A DNA stretch of 64,000 nt from Methanobacteriota archaeon. Lineage in GTDB: Archaea; Thermoplasmatota; Poseidoniia; Poseidoniales; Poseidoniaceae. Under the pieces are notes generated by a model. That model did no database searches. It saw only the letters and a program-made list of their open reading frames with translations, and was not told where the DNA came from. Of this stretch, positions 9,512 to 17,897 are shown one piece after another. The first letter of the stretch is position 1; every line of letters begins with the position of its first letter. Where the stretch lies: NCBI GenBank assembly GCA_038104845.1, contig JAYOBJ010000005.1, positions 8,809 to 72,808 on the forward strand, read 5' to 3'. The translations under genes and the position numbers were made by a program.

Positions 9512-11206
9512 TCAGTTGGAGAATTCGGCTCGACCCCACCGACGGTCCATCAGCTTCCACAGCACGGCCGAAGCGAACAGCAGCAGCACGGAGATGGCGA
9601 TCATGCCCATGTAGCCTTGCTGCACCATGGTCTCGTCGTACATTTGTGCGGTGGCGGCCAAGCCGTCTTGCGAGGCGCGCTCCCACCAATTGCCGTACAG
9701 CGACACATCGCCCTGGGTGAACGACAGCAAGAACAAGCCGAGCAAGGGCAGCACCGTGCCGATCCAGAACCAGACCATGATCGAGGCGTCAAAAATGGCT
9801 TTGTTGGGCCGCAAACCCATCAAAAACGCCGTAAGGGCGACGATGTAAATCGAGTTGGCAAACATCACCACGATGCTGGTGGGCAAAGAAGCCCATTCGT
9901 CCAAACGCCAGGCCATCAGCACGATGAAAATGAGGGAAATCCACGAGGTGGCCAAGAAGTAGACCACCACTTTGGCGCGGATCAAATCGGGCACTTTCAG
10001 CGGCAAGCCGTTCATGAACTCCGGGGAATCGAGGATCGTGAGCCACGAGTAAAAGTTGAACCCGAAGAACCCCAAAAACGGGGCGTAGGACAGCAAATTG
10101 ATCGGAATCGGGGCTTCGGCAAAATCAACCAGCCACGCCATGCCCAGCAGCACGAGCAACGGGATGGCGTACGAGACCGTCATCTTCTTGATGGCCCCCG
10201 ACCGGAACAGGTCCACGAATTCCTTCGCAACGATCAGCCGGACGTTTCCTCGACCGAGGAAGCCAAGGCGTTGATGGATGGGGGAAAACAGGTCGCCCCG
10301 CTCCACCACGCTGACATCAAAATCGTCGAGGATAATGAGCGAGGCCCACAAGCCGATCAGCAAGGAGAACAACAACCCAGCAAGGATGGCCAAGGCGCTC
10401 TGTGTGGCTTGTGCAGCGAGGCCCCACAAGAGCCACTGAGCCGGTAACCAGCCCAAACCGACCGCTACGCCAAGGGCGACGATGGCAACGGGACCGAACA
10501 CCGTGAACGGGCGCCCTCGCAACCACAGGGACGAGGCGAGGAACGACAGCGCCAAGCCTTGGCCCAACGTGGTGGCCATGGCAACCCACGTCCACGGCAA
10601 CGAGGACCAGAGCAGGGGTGTTCGGACCCCCGCCACCCCGTCCATCAGGATGCCCAAGGCCATGCCGGAGATGATGGGCGTGAGGATGAGCAACACGTAG
10701 AACAACAGGTCCTTGACGAAGTACGCGAAATGCGCCATGGAGTTGGGCAGCGGTTGAAGGGCAGGTGCTGCCAAGAGGTAATTCTTCGTCCCAGTGCGTC
10801 GTACGATGGCGTCGCGACCCATGAAGGCAAACGTGCCCATGCCCAAGGAGAACATGAACAGGGGAAGATGCAAGGCGAACCTCAACTCGTTCCAAGTGAA
10901 GGTCTTGGCGTCGATGTCCGAAGTTTGTGCCGTTGAATCGCCGACCAAAAACTGCAACCCAACGGTCGAAATTGCGGTGACCAGCGTCAGGAGAAGTGGG
11001 AACAGAACGATTTGGCGCTTTTTCGCAAACTCAACGCTCTTGCGCGATTCTTCGATGAACATGACCTTGAAGGTGGCACTGAAGGCGTTCCAGCCTCGCA
11101 ACGGTTCACGCAACGTCAACCCAGGCACAGCGGTGGAGGGTGAAAGCAACGGTTTGTCGCTGTCGCTCCATGGGCGGGTTTCAATGAAGGTCTCAGCCAC
11201 CTTCAC
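9512..11206 (-). CDS. Polytopic membrane protein, putative ABC transporter permease
   Basis: It has roughly 12 predicted hydrophobic helices. Its start overlaps the stop of the upstream ABC ATPase by 4 nt. No specific family was recognised by eye. Confidence 0.55.
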   Translation of the reverse strand: MKVAETFIETRPWSDSDKPLLSPSTAVPGLTLREPLRGWNAFSATFKVMFIEESRKSVEFAKKRQIVLFPLLLTLVTAISTVGLQFLVGDSTAQTSDIDAKTFTWNELRFALHLPLFMFSLGMGTFAFMGRDAIVRRTGTKNYLLAAPALQPLPNSMAHFAYFVKDLLFYVLLILTPIISGMALGILMDGVAGVRTPLLWSSLPWTWVAMATTLGQGLALSFLASSLWLRGRPFTVFGPVAIVALGVAVGLGWLPAQWLLWGLAAQATQSALAILAGLLFSLLIGLWASLIILDDFDVSVVERGDLFSPIHQRLGFLGRGNVRLIVAKEFVDLFRSGAIKKMTVSYAIPLLVLLGMAWLVDFAEAPIPINLLSYAPFLGFFGFNFYSWLTILDSPEFMNGLPLKVPDLIRAKVVVYFLATSWISLIFIVLMAWRLDEWASLPTSIVVMFANSIYIVALTAFLMGLRPNKAIFDASIMVWFWIGTVLPLLGLFLLSFTQGDVSLYGNWWERASQDGLAATAQMYDETMVQQGYMGMIAISVLLLFASAVLWKLMDRRWGRAEFSN

Positions 11207-11988
11207 TCCTCCGATTCGGTGGCTTCGATCCCTTCTTCGCTGAACCGCTCGGCATCTTCGATGGAATGGCCCACTAGGCGGATGAAGACATCTTCAAGCG
11301 TCTCTTCCTCGGTGGCTTTGAGCCCGCTCACGGTCCCTGCTGCCAGCACCTTGCCGTCGTTGATGATGGCCATTCGGTTGCACATGCGCTCGGCCATTTC
11401 CAGGACGTGAGAGCACAGGAAAATGGTCCCACCCTCAGCAACGTGCTGCTGCAACCATTCGCGGCATTTTCGCTGGTAGATGGGGTCGAGGTTGGCGAAG
11501 GGTTCGTCGAGGAAGAGCAACTTGGGCCGGTGGATGAAGGCGCTGGCCAGCATGACCTTCTGGCGCTGACCTTTGGACAAATCCTTGCACATCGTGTCCC
11601 GCTTGTCCTGAAGACCAAACCAATCCAGCCAGTGCTCAACCTGCGCATTCATCTCCTCAACGCCGCGCAGGCGTGCGACGAATTCAAGGAATTCCGTGGG
11701 CGTCAGGAACGACGGTGGGGATTCGGATTCCGGGACAATGCCAATGTTGGCTTTGACTTTCTGCGGGTCCTTCACGGCGTCCACACCAAGGACCTCGATC
11801 TGGCCTTTGCTTGGACGCAATTGCCCGGTCAGGAGTTTGATGAAGGTGGATTTACCTGCCCCGTTGGGGCCAAAGACCCCGAAGAATTCTCCCGATTGAA
11901 CCTCGACATTCAGCGGGTGAAGCGCAATGAAATCGCCGTATTTTTTGGCCATGTCGCGGGCCTTGACCAACGGTGTTCGCTCAGCCAT
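11203..11988 (-). CDS. ABC transporter ATP-binding protein
   Basis: Walker A GPNGAGKST, signature LSKGQRQKV, Walker B LLFLDEP and H-loop CSHVLE. The start was taken at MAERTPLVKARD (11988), not the ORF start at 12093. Confidence 0.9.
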   Translation of the reverse strand: MAERTPLVKARDMAKKYGDFIALHPLNVEVQSGEFFGVFGPNGAGKSTFIKLLTGQLRPSKGQIEVLGVDAVKDPQKVKANIGIVPESESPPSFLTPTEFLEFVARLRGVEEMNAQVEHWLDWFGLQDKRDTMCKDLSKGQRQKVMLASAFIHRPKLLFLDEPFANLDPIYQRKCREWLQQHVAEGGTIFLCSHVLEMAERMCNRMAIINDGKVLAAGTVSGLKATEEETLEDVFIRLVGHSIEDAERFSEEGIEATESEE

Positions 11989-12083
11989 GACGCCCACACA
12001 GACACGGAGTGTTTTGATACCTCGCTTAGCGGGCAACGGCCAACAGCGATGGGATGATGTAGCCGCGTGGTTTCGCTCACGCC

Positions 12084-12926
12084 ATGAACCCACCCGAAAG
12101 CGATGTGCTGCGCCTTGACCTTCACCCCGTTGACAACGAAGTCGACCTCGGTCACTTTGCCGTGCTGACCATTGACCGCCCGGACAAGCTCAACGCCCTC
12201 AACAAAGACGTGATGGACGGGTTGAAGGCGATCTGCGCATGGGTGGAAGCTCGCGACGATGTCCGCTGCCTGGTCGTCACCGGTGCACCGCCCAACGACC
12301 CTCCTGAAGGCAAGCGGGCCAAACCCCACGCCTTTGTGGCTGGCGCTGACATCACGGAGTTCCTCGGCGCCGACAGCCACACCATCCGAGAGCGGTTCAC
12401 GGACAACGCCGTTGAAGCGCTGTGGGGCCTGAGCAAACCGACCATCGCCATGGTCGACGGCTTTGCACTGGGCGGTGGATGCGAAGTGGCGTGCTCGTGC
12501 GATGTTCGCATTGCCAGCACGCGAGCCGTGTTTGGCACGCCCGAAATCAACCTCGGGTTGATCCCTGGCTACGGGGCAACCCAACGTTTGGAGCGACTGG
12601 TTGGCTACGGCAAGACCCACGAACTCATCATGACCGGTGAGCACATCGATGCGAAGGAAGCCGCTCGAATCGGTTTGGTCAACCACGTGGTCGACCCCGA
12701 GGATCTTGAGGCTCGAGTCTTTGCCATGGCACGCACGATCGGTTCGAAATCGAGCCATGCGCTCAAGGTAGGCAAAGTGACCGTTCGAGCAGCTTTGGAT
12801 GAGGGCTTGACCGATGGTGTGGCCGTGGAGGCCGAAGCGTTCGCCAACCTGTTCGACAGCGAGGACAAGGAAATCGGTGTCCAAGCCTTCCTGAACCGCA
12901 CCAAGCCCGAATGGCAGCACCGCTGA
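12084..12926 (+). CDS. Enoyl-CoA hydratase/isomerase family protein
   Basis: Crotonase motifs LTIDRPDKLNALN, FVAGADITEF and ALGGGCEVACSCDVRIAS. Confidence 0.85.
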   Translation: MNPPESDVLRLDLHPVDNEVDLGHFAVLTIDRPDKLNALNKDVMDGLKAICAWVEARDDVRCLVVTGAPPNDPPEGKRAKPHAFVAGADITEFLGADSHTIRERFTDNAVEALWGLSKPTIAMVDGFALGGGCEVACSCDVRIASTRAVFGTPEINLGLIPGYGATQRLERLVGYGKTHELIMTGEHIDAKEAARIGLVNHVVDPEDLEARVFAMARTIGSKSSHALKVGKVTVRAALDEGLTDGVAVEAEAFANLFDSEDKEIGVQAFLNRTKPEWQHR

Positions 12927-12955
12927 GGGCGCAACTTCGAGCCTGTCGGCCCGGT

Positions 12956-12981
12956 GAGAGGGGAGCCTTTGCTCCCCACTC
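12956..12981. terminator. Hairpin between convergent genes (possible bidirectional terminator)
   Basis: GGGGAGC (12960-12966), loop CTTT, GCTCCCC (12971-12977). GAG/CTC extend the stem across an A/A mismatch. It lies in the 97-nt gap between convergent CDS ends. There is no long T-run. Confidence 0.3.
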
Positions 12982-13023
12982 GGTCCGAGAATGCGCTCGG
13001 TCGCGTGGTTTCAGGTTCCGAAA

Positions 13024-13551
13024 TCAACCCGTCACGCGAACCTTCCTCTCCTTGAGGAAGGCGCGGAAGTGCGCCATGTGACGCCCGTGCTTCCGCACGA
13101 ACCACCGTGGGACCACGATGATGTCGGGTCGCAGCGTCACCGGGTCAATGGCCCGCTGGGTGGTTCCGCGCAGTTCGACCAACATGGCTTCGTTGCGCTC
13201 GTTCAATGCATCCACCGTGACGCAGCAGGGCCCCAAATCGTTTGAGTTCACGATCGGGATGTCCCGCTCAATGGCCCGCTGAAGGGGTGAACCCTGTGTG
13301 GTCATCCGCTGGTTCCGTTCATCGCTCGCCTGAGCCGCCAATTTCTCGGCCTTGGCCTTGGCGTGGGCTTTTGCTCGCTTGGCAGCGACGTGGGGCTTGA
13401 GCCGGTGCGTTTTGGTGACCGGGTCGTACTCGTAATCGCGGTTGTTTTTCGTGCCTGATTTTTTTCGTCCTTTGTTGCTTTTTGACATGTTTTGCCTCCA
13501 ATGTACCTTTGCAGAATCGTCGAGCGATTCCGCGTTCGGGTCTGTGTTCAT
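13024..13551 (-). CDS. Hypothetical basic protein (Lys/Arg-rich N-terminal tail, structured C-terminal domain)
   Basis: The ORF has a codon-plausible composition. The N-terminus SKSNKGRKKSGTKNNR...AKRAKAHAKAKAEK is highly basic, and the C-terminal ~80 aa (GPCCVTVDALNERNEAMLVELRG...VVPRWFVRKHG) look globular. An alternative start MSKSNKG is at 13488. No family recognised. Confidence 0.5.
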   Translation of the reverse strand: MNTDPNAESLDDSAKVHWRQNMSKSNKGRKKSGTKNNRDYEYDPVTKTHRLKPHVAAKRAKAHAKAKAEKLAAQASDERNQRMTTQGSPLQRAIERDIPIVNSNDLGPCCVTVDALNERNEAMLVELRGTTQRAIDPVTLRPDIIVVPRWFVRKHGRHMAHFRAFLKERKVRVTG

Positions 13552-13583
13552 TCACAAATTCCAGGCACTGGATCGTGGCATCA

Positions 13584-13638
13584 TGTCAACAACATCGGGC
13601 ACTCCTGCGGGTTACGCATGAGTTATTTGTTGTTGACA
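13584..13638. repeat. 11-bp perfect inverted repeat flanking a 33-nt spacer, abutting a TATA box
   Basis: TGTCAACAACA (13584-13594) and TGTTGTTGACA (13628-13638) are exact reverse complements. TATAAAAA follows at 13640-13647. Confidence 0.6.
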
Positions 13639-13639
13639 C

Positions 13640-13647
13640 TATAAAAA
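13640..13647. promoter_or_regulatory. Strong TATA-like box (TATAAAAA / TTTTTATA) in a 277-nt intergenic region
   Basis: This is the only AT-rich octamer in the gap. Reading on the minus strand it could drive the basic-protein gene (ATG 13551). Reading on the plus strand it could drive a transcript across the 13715-13824 tandem repeat. Confidence 0.45.
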
Positions 13648-13714
13648 GGAATCGCACATCAATCCGCTTCTGGTCAAGGACGCTCACCACGATGCACGGT
13701 GGTGGACCGGGCAA

Positions 13715-13824
13715 CGGCTTGAACAAAGGGCGGTGGGCGTGAAGACGCCTTTCAAGGGTGGCTCGGCGACGGCTGGAACAAAGTACAGTGGGCGGCAGGC
13801 GCCTCGCAAGGGGGTTGGTTTTCC
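13715..13824 (+). repeat. Imperfect tandem direct repeat (period 55 nt), each unit with a GC hairpin; candidate ncRNA body
   Basis: Unit 1 is CGGCTTGAACAAAGGGCGGTGGGCGTGAAGACGCCTTTCAAGGG. Unit 2 is CGGCTGGAACAAAGTACAGTGGGCGGCAGGCGCCTCGCAAGGG. By manual alignment they are roughly 70 percent identical. Hairpins are GGCGT-GAAG-ACGCC and GGCG-GCAGG-CGCC. A T4 run at 13819-13822 follows. Confidence 0.45.
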
Positions 13825-13828
13825 GATC

Positions 13829-14782
13829 TCAAGCGTTCATTTCGTCTCGCAACGCCGAGAGGGCTTGACTGGAACTGGGGAGGTTGGGCAACGGAAGCGG
13901 TGCGCCGTCCGGGCCAACGGGTAAGGGCAGAGGGTTTCCATCCGGACCGATCAAGGCCGGAAGTTCAGGCGCCTTGGCCTTGACCTGAACCGCCTCGAAT
14001 CCGGTGTCCAGCGGCAAACGCAACTTGAGGATCCGGTTGGCATCGATGCGAATGAACGTGGCACCGTACACATGACCCGGTTTGGGGTGCTCGGGGTCCA
14101 CCATCACGGCTTGACCGTGACCGGGTGTTTGGAGCAGCGCCACGAGGTCTTCCCCCGTCGCATGCTCTTCCCACATCCGGGCGGTGGAGGCACGAATTTC
14201 AGCGAGTTGGCCCAAACGGCGTCGCTTGATGCGCTCACGAATTGCTTCGTGTCGCTTGCGTCGTTCGGTGACGGTGAGTTCGATGTCCGCGTCTTCCATC
14301 GACTCCGGGCTGATCTCCACGACGTATTCATCCGCCACATGGACGTCGTCGAGTTCAACCTGCACCACGGCCTCCAGTTCCTCACCCTCGGCATTGGCGT
14401 CGAGGGCTTGTGAAGCGGTGATTTTAGCCAATTTCCGTTCCCTGAGCGTGGCTCCATCCAACGAGGGTGCGGTGACGGCGGCAGGCAAGTCGTCGTCCTC
14501 CTCCAATGCAACAACCGCCGGTTCGTCATCCACTGCAGCAACGGGTTCCGATGCAGGTTGGGACGTGGCCGAAGGTCGGGCACGCTGGGCCGGAGGTGCC
14601 GGTGCAGCGGGTGCAGCGGGTGCATCACCGAGGCTGACCCATGCAAAGGCCAGCAAACCAAGGAGACCGACAAAACCCCACTTGGCCTCGTCGGTGAGTT
14701 GACCCACCGACGAAAGATAAAACGCCAGCAAGGAGAGGAACGCAACGGCCACGACGTTCCTTGCGAATCCCATGCCCCTCAC
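13829..14782 (-). CDS. Hypothetical N-terminally membrane-anchored protein with Pro/Ala linker and acidic region
   Basis: It has two N-terminal hydrophobic helices (VVAVAFLSLLAFYL; GFVGLLGLLAFAWVSL), a PAAPAAPAPPA linker, an acidic stretch, a basic helix (RRKRHEAIRERIKRRRL) and a C-terminal PLPLP repeat. No family recognised. Confidence 0.5.
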   Translation of the reverse strand: MRGMGFARNVVAVAFLSLLAFYLSSVGQLTDEAKWGFVGLLGLLAFAWVSLGDAPAAPAAPAPPAQRARPSATSQPASEPVAAVDDEPAVVALEEDDDLPAAVTAPSLDGATLRERKLAKITASQALDANAEGEELEAVVQVELDDVHVADEYVVEISPESMEDADIELTVTERRKRHEAIRERIKRRRLGQLAEIRASTARMWEEHATGEDLVALLQTPGHGQAVMVDPEHPKPGHVYGATFIRIDANRILKLRLPLDTGFEAVQVKAKAPELPALIGPDGNPLPLPVGPDGAPLPLPNLPSSSQALSALRDEMNA

Positions 14783-14825
14783 CCAAACGCAGGCCTCGTT
14801 GATTTATCACCCTGCTGGACACCGT

Positions 14826-15497
14826 TCAATCAACGGCACCGTGCATCCCGTTCAGCACGGCCATCAGGTCGTCCAATGCTCGACGTCGATGGCTGTACAG
14901 GTGCTTTTCGCTCATCTTCATGGCACCAAAGGTCTTCCCGTGGGAACTGAATGCACCGAGGTCACCGGGCGACAAAGGTTGCCGGTGTTCATCGAGGTCA
15001 GCTGGGATGAACACGGGGTCAAAACCGAAACCCTCGCCTTCCATCACCGTGGTGGCGATGGAGCCAGGGCACCGGCCGTGGCCAATGTGAACGGTCGTGC
15101 CGTCCCACAGTGCTGCGACAGCTTGGAATTCAGCAGCACGGAGTTTCTTTTCTTGCACCGGGTCCTCGGATTGAAGGTGGCTGAGCAACCGAATCATGCC
15201 TTGGCATTCAATGGTCTTCAGGGCGTGAGCCGAGTACACACCAGGGAAGCCGTGAAGGGCTTGAACGAACAAACCGGCGTCTTCCACGAGGAGGAGATCG
15301 TCGGGGTTGGGCAAATGCGGGCGCGCCTGTTCGATTTTCGCCTTGGCCACGACGACCAAATCGTCGGTTTGTGGCTCCACCAACTCAACACCTGGAACGA
15401 TGAGTTGCTGGATGTCGTACCCGTACCCACTGACGTGATCGCGGGCTTCCTCAACCTTCCCTTGGTTGGTGGTCAGAAACCAAATCGTTCGCCCCAT
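14826..15497 (-). CDS. Non-canonical purine NTP pyrophosphatase (Ham1/RdgB/ITPase family)
   Basis: MGRTIWFLTTNQGKVEEA, FGFDPVFIP and the C-terminal SHRRRAL motif. The ORF extends to 15965, but that extension is antisense to crcB and R/G/Q-rich. An alternative start is at 15512. Confidence 0.85.
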   Translation of the reverse strand: MGRTIWFLTTNQGKVEEARDHVSGYGYDIQQLIVPGVELVEPQTDDLVVVAKAKIEQARPHLPNPDDLLLVEDAGLFVQALHGFPGVYSAHALKTIECQGMIRLLSHLQSEDPVQEKKLRAAEFQAVAALWDGTTVHIGHGRCPGSIATTVMEGEGFGFDPVFIPADLDEHRQPLSPGDLGAFSSHGKTFGAMKMSEKHLYSHRRRALDDLMAVLNGMHGAVD

Positions 15498-15501
15498 GGT
15501 T

Positions 15502-15558
15502 GGCGAGGGCATGCGTTCGCCTATGACGATGACGGCTCGATGAGCAAAGCCATCCTGC
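15502..15558 (+). promoter_or_regulatory. Weak candidate fluoride (crcB-motif) riboswitch-like element
   Basis: It lies 50-107 nt upstream of the crcB ATG. GGCGA...UUCGCC (15502-15506 / 15516-15521) mirrors the P1 of known fluoride aptamers (GGCGAUGGUGUUCGCC). GCUC-GAU-GAGC (15535-15545) mirrors P2 (GCUC-UUCG-GAGC). A GGC/GCC pseudoknot is possible. The conserved GAUG, AAAC and CCUAC nucleotides are NOT conserved. Confidence 0.2.
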
Positions 15559-15608
15559 TTGGTCCGAATCACCGGATGGACTAAGCCTGTTGGGCGAGGC
15601 CTCGGACT

Positions 15609-15980
15609 ATGGTCCAAGATTGGGCGCTGGTGGCCCTCGGTGGAGCGCTTGGTGCCCTGCTGCGCTTTGCCGTCACGGAGCAGGTGGGTTCGTCCACGTC
15701 GCCTTGGGGTACGCTGACCGTGAACCTTGTCGGATCGTTGGCCCTCGGAGCGCTCTCGGCCGCCTTGGCGTTGTCGGTGGTTTCTGAAGGTCAGGCCTTG
15801 CTGTTCGGGACCGGGCTTCTGGGAGCGTTCACCACGATGTCCACGTTCTCGATGGACACCGTTCGCTTGGCTCAAGAAGGCGCATACACCAACGCCGTTG
15901 GCTACGTGGTGGCGACGGCTGCCATCGGGCCGTTGCTGGCTTGGGTGGGTTGGAAGGTCACCCATGCAGGATTGAGCTGA
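15609..15980 (+). CDS. crcB: Fluoride ion channel CrcB/FEX
   Basis: A 123-aa protein with 4 TM helices. Motifs GGALGALLRF, LTVNLVGSLALG and GAFTTMSTF are typical of CrcB. Confidence 0.85.
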   Translation: MVQDWALVALGGALGALLRFAVTEQVGSSTSPWGTLTVNLVGSLALGALSAALALSVVSEGQALLFGTGLLGAFTTMSTFSMDTVRLAQEGAYTNAVGYVVATAAIGPLLAWVGWKVTHAGLS

Positions 15981-17135
15981 TCACCTGGGGATGGCGAGCA
16001 TGCGGTCGAGGGCCAGTTTGGCCCCGTGTTGAACGGCATCGGGCACCACGATGCGGTTGGGGACCTCGCCGTCAACCAAGCGCTCCAGCACGTCCATGAG
16101 GTAGGCCGGGTGAATCATGTACATCGTGGAGCACGGACAAATCTCCTCGTCCAAGCATTCGATGTGCTTGTCGGGGTGCTCCTCTGCAAGGCGGGCCACC
16201 ATGTTGATCTCTGTGCCAATGGCGACCTGAGCCCCCGATGGGAGGTCGTTCACGTAACGACGGATGTACTGCGTTGAGCCGTAGGCATCGGCCAGTTGAA
16301 CCGTTTCCTTTGGACACTCGGGATGAACGACCACCGATCCCTCGGGGTGGGCTGCCCGGAACGCCTCGATTTGTCCCGGTGTGAACCGCTTGTGGACCGA
16401 ACAAAAGCCGTGCCAAAGAACGATGCGAGCGCCCTCCAATTCGCCCGATGCGCCTTGACCGGGTGTCCATGTCGGCATCCTCGCTTCATCAATGCCCATG
16501 GCAAGACCCGTGTTTCGTCCGAGGTGTTGGTCGGGAAAGAAGAGCACGGCGCCGTTGGGGCCGGCCCGTTCAAACGCCCATGTCAACACGCCTTCGGCGT
16601 TGGATGAGGTGCACACCACCCCGCCGTGACGGCCCACGAAATCCTTCAGGTCGGCACTGGAATTCATGTACGTCACGGGGACGAGGAAGGCCTCACCTTC
16701 CCCCGCAGGTGCAGAAGGGTCGTCTCTAGCGATGGGGTCCGCCAAACCCGAGCCGGCAAGGATGTCCTCCCAGGCCACCTCAACCTCGGCCAGCGTGGCC
16801 ATGTCGGCCATGGAGCAACCCGCTCGGAGGTTCGGCAGCATGACCGCTTGCTCATCGGAGGTCAGAATGTCAGCGGACTCGGCCATGAAGTGAACGCCGC
16901 AAAACACGATGTACTTCGCCGATGAAGCCGCAGCCTTTTGACTGAGCATGAAGGAATCACCGAGGAAGTCAGCGTGCATCACGATGCTGTCACGCTGGTA
17001 GTGGTGGCCAAGGATGAGCAGTTGGTCCCCCAAGGTTGCTTTCAACTCCGAGATGCGGTCCGCAATCGCCTGTTCTTCCGGGGACAGCGACGTGTCCATG
17101 AAGTCCACCGAGCACATGGGGAGGGAGACGGTCAT
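15981..17135 (-). CDS. nadA: Quinolinate synthase NadA
   Basis: LLILGHHYQRDSIVMHADFLGDSFMLS, FCGVHFMAE, CSMAD, WHGFCSVH and CPCSTM, which include the Fe-S ligand cysteines. The ORF runs to 17348, but that would overlap the divergent Bud32 gene. The start was taken at 17135 (alternatives 17117 and 17099). Confidence 0.85.
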   Translation of the reverse strand: MTVSLPMCSVDFMDTSLSPEEQAIADRISELKATLGDQLLILGHHYQRDSIVMHADFLGDSFMLSQKAAASSAKYIVFCGVHFMAESADILTSDEQAVMLPNLRAGCSMADMATLAEVEVAWEDILAGSGLADPIARDDPSAPAGEGEAFLVPVTYMNSSADLKDFVGRHGGVVCTSSNAEGVLTWAFERAGPNGAVLFFPDQHLGRNTGLAMGIDEARMPTWTPGQGASGELEGARIVLWHGFCSVHKRFTPGQIEAFRAAHPEGSVVVHPECPKETVQLADAYGSTQYIRRYVNDLPSGAQVAIGTEINMVARLAEEHPDKHIECLDEEICPCSTMYMIHPAYLMDVLERLVDGEVPNRIVVPDAVQHGAKLALDRMLAIPR

Positions 17136-17216
17136 GCAGACCTGTCCACAGGCTGACCCTTTTTCAATGAACGGATGGGCCGTGAAGTTTGAAAACCAAG
17201 GGAACGTGGGCAATTC

Positions 17217-17897
17217 ATGGTCTTCATCGCCGAAGAGCGCTTGCATTTGGGAGCGGAAGCCGAGGTGTGGTCCGGCCAATGGTTTGGCCGGCCGGCCGTG
17301 AGCAAACAGCGGCGGGCACGCGCTTGGCGCCACCCACACCTCGACCACCGGTTGGGCGTTCGACGGATGATCAGCGAAGCAAGGTTGCTCATCCGTCTAC
17401 GAAAGAACGGGATGTCCGTTCCCCCGGTTCTCGACATGGATTTGGCCTCCGGCCGACTGGTCATTGGGCATGTCCCCGGTCGACCCTTGATTGAGGTGCT
17501 CAACGACCCAACGACCACGCAAGAACGCATGGAAAGCCTCCTTCGCTGCGTCGGTGCAGAAATCCGCCAGCTCCACCGATGGGCCGTGACGCACGGCGAC
17601 CTTTCCACCAACAACATCCTGGTCGACGGTGAGCAGGTGCACCTCATCGACTTCGGGTTGGCTTCCATCGAATACGATGTGGAGCGCTACGGCATCGACC
17701 TCCATGTGCTCGATGAAATTCTCAGCGCCTCTCACCCCAACTGGGAGGGCGCGATCGACCGGGCCGTCGAAGGGTACCTCGAGGCCGATCGAACCTTGGG
17801 GCCGGTCCCCGTGCTGAAGGGAGGTGCGGTTCCGGGTGCCGACGAGGTGAACGCACGCCTGGAGGACATCCGAACGCGTGTCCGGTACCACGGTTAG
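17217..17897 (+). CDS. Bud32/PRPK-type atypical protein kinase (KEOPS subunit)
   Basis: LGAEAEVW glycine loop, AVSKQR lysine, RMISEARLL, catalytic HGDLSTNNILV and IDFGLA. No Kae1 gene is adjacent. Confidence 0.8.
   Translation: MVFIAEERLHLGAEAEVWSGQWFGRPAVSKQRRARAWRHPHLDHRLGVRRMISEARLLIRLRKNGMSVPPVLDMDLASGRLVIGHVPGRPLIEVLNDPTTTQERMESLLRCVGAEIRQLHRWAVTHGDLSTNNILVDGEQVHLIDFGLASIEYDVERYGIDLHVLDEILSASHPNWEGAIDRAVEGYLEADRTLGPVPVLKGGAVPGADEVNARLEDIRTRVRYHG

Noticed and set aside
14595-14630. Short GC-rich tandem repeat (GGTGCAGCG units).
   Set aside because: It lies inside a CDS and simply encodes a PAAPAAPA linker. It is too short and too few in copy number to be a CRISPR or regulatory array.
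17135-17348. N-terminal extensions of several track ORFs: nadA to 17348, the ITPase to 15965, the pilin to 4390, the ALDH to 3037 and the ABC ATPase to 12093.
   Set aside because: The extensions would overlap divergent neighbours or are Arg/Gly/Pro-rich. They precede an internal Met that aligns with the conserved family N-terminus, so shorter starts were adopted.
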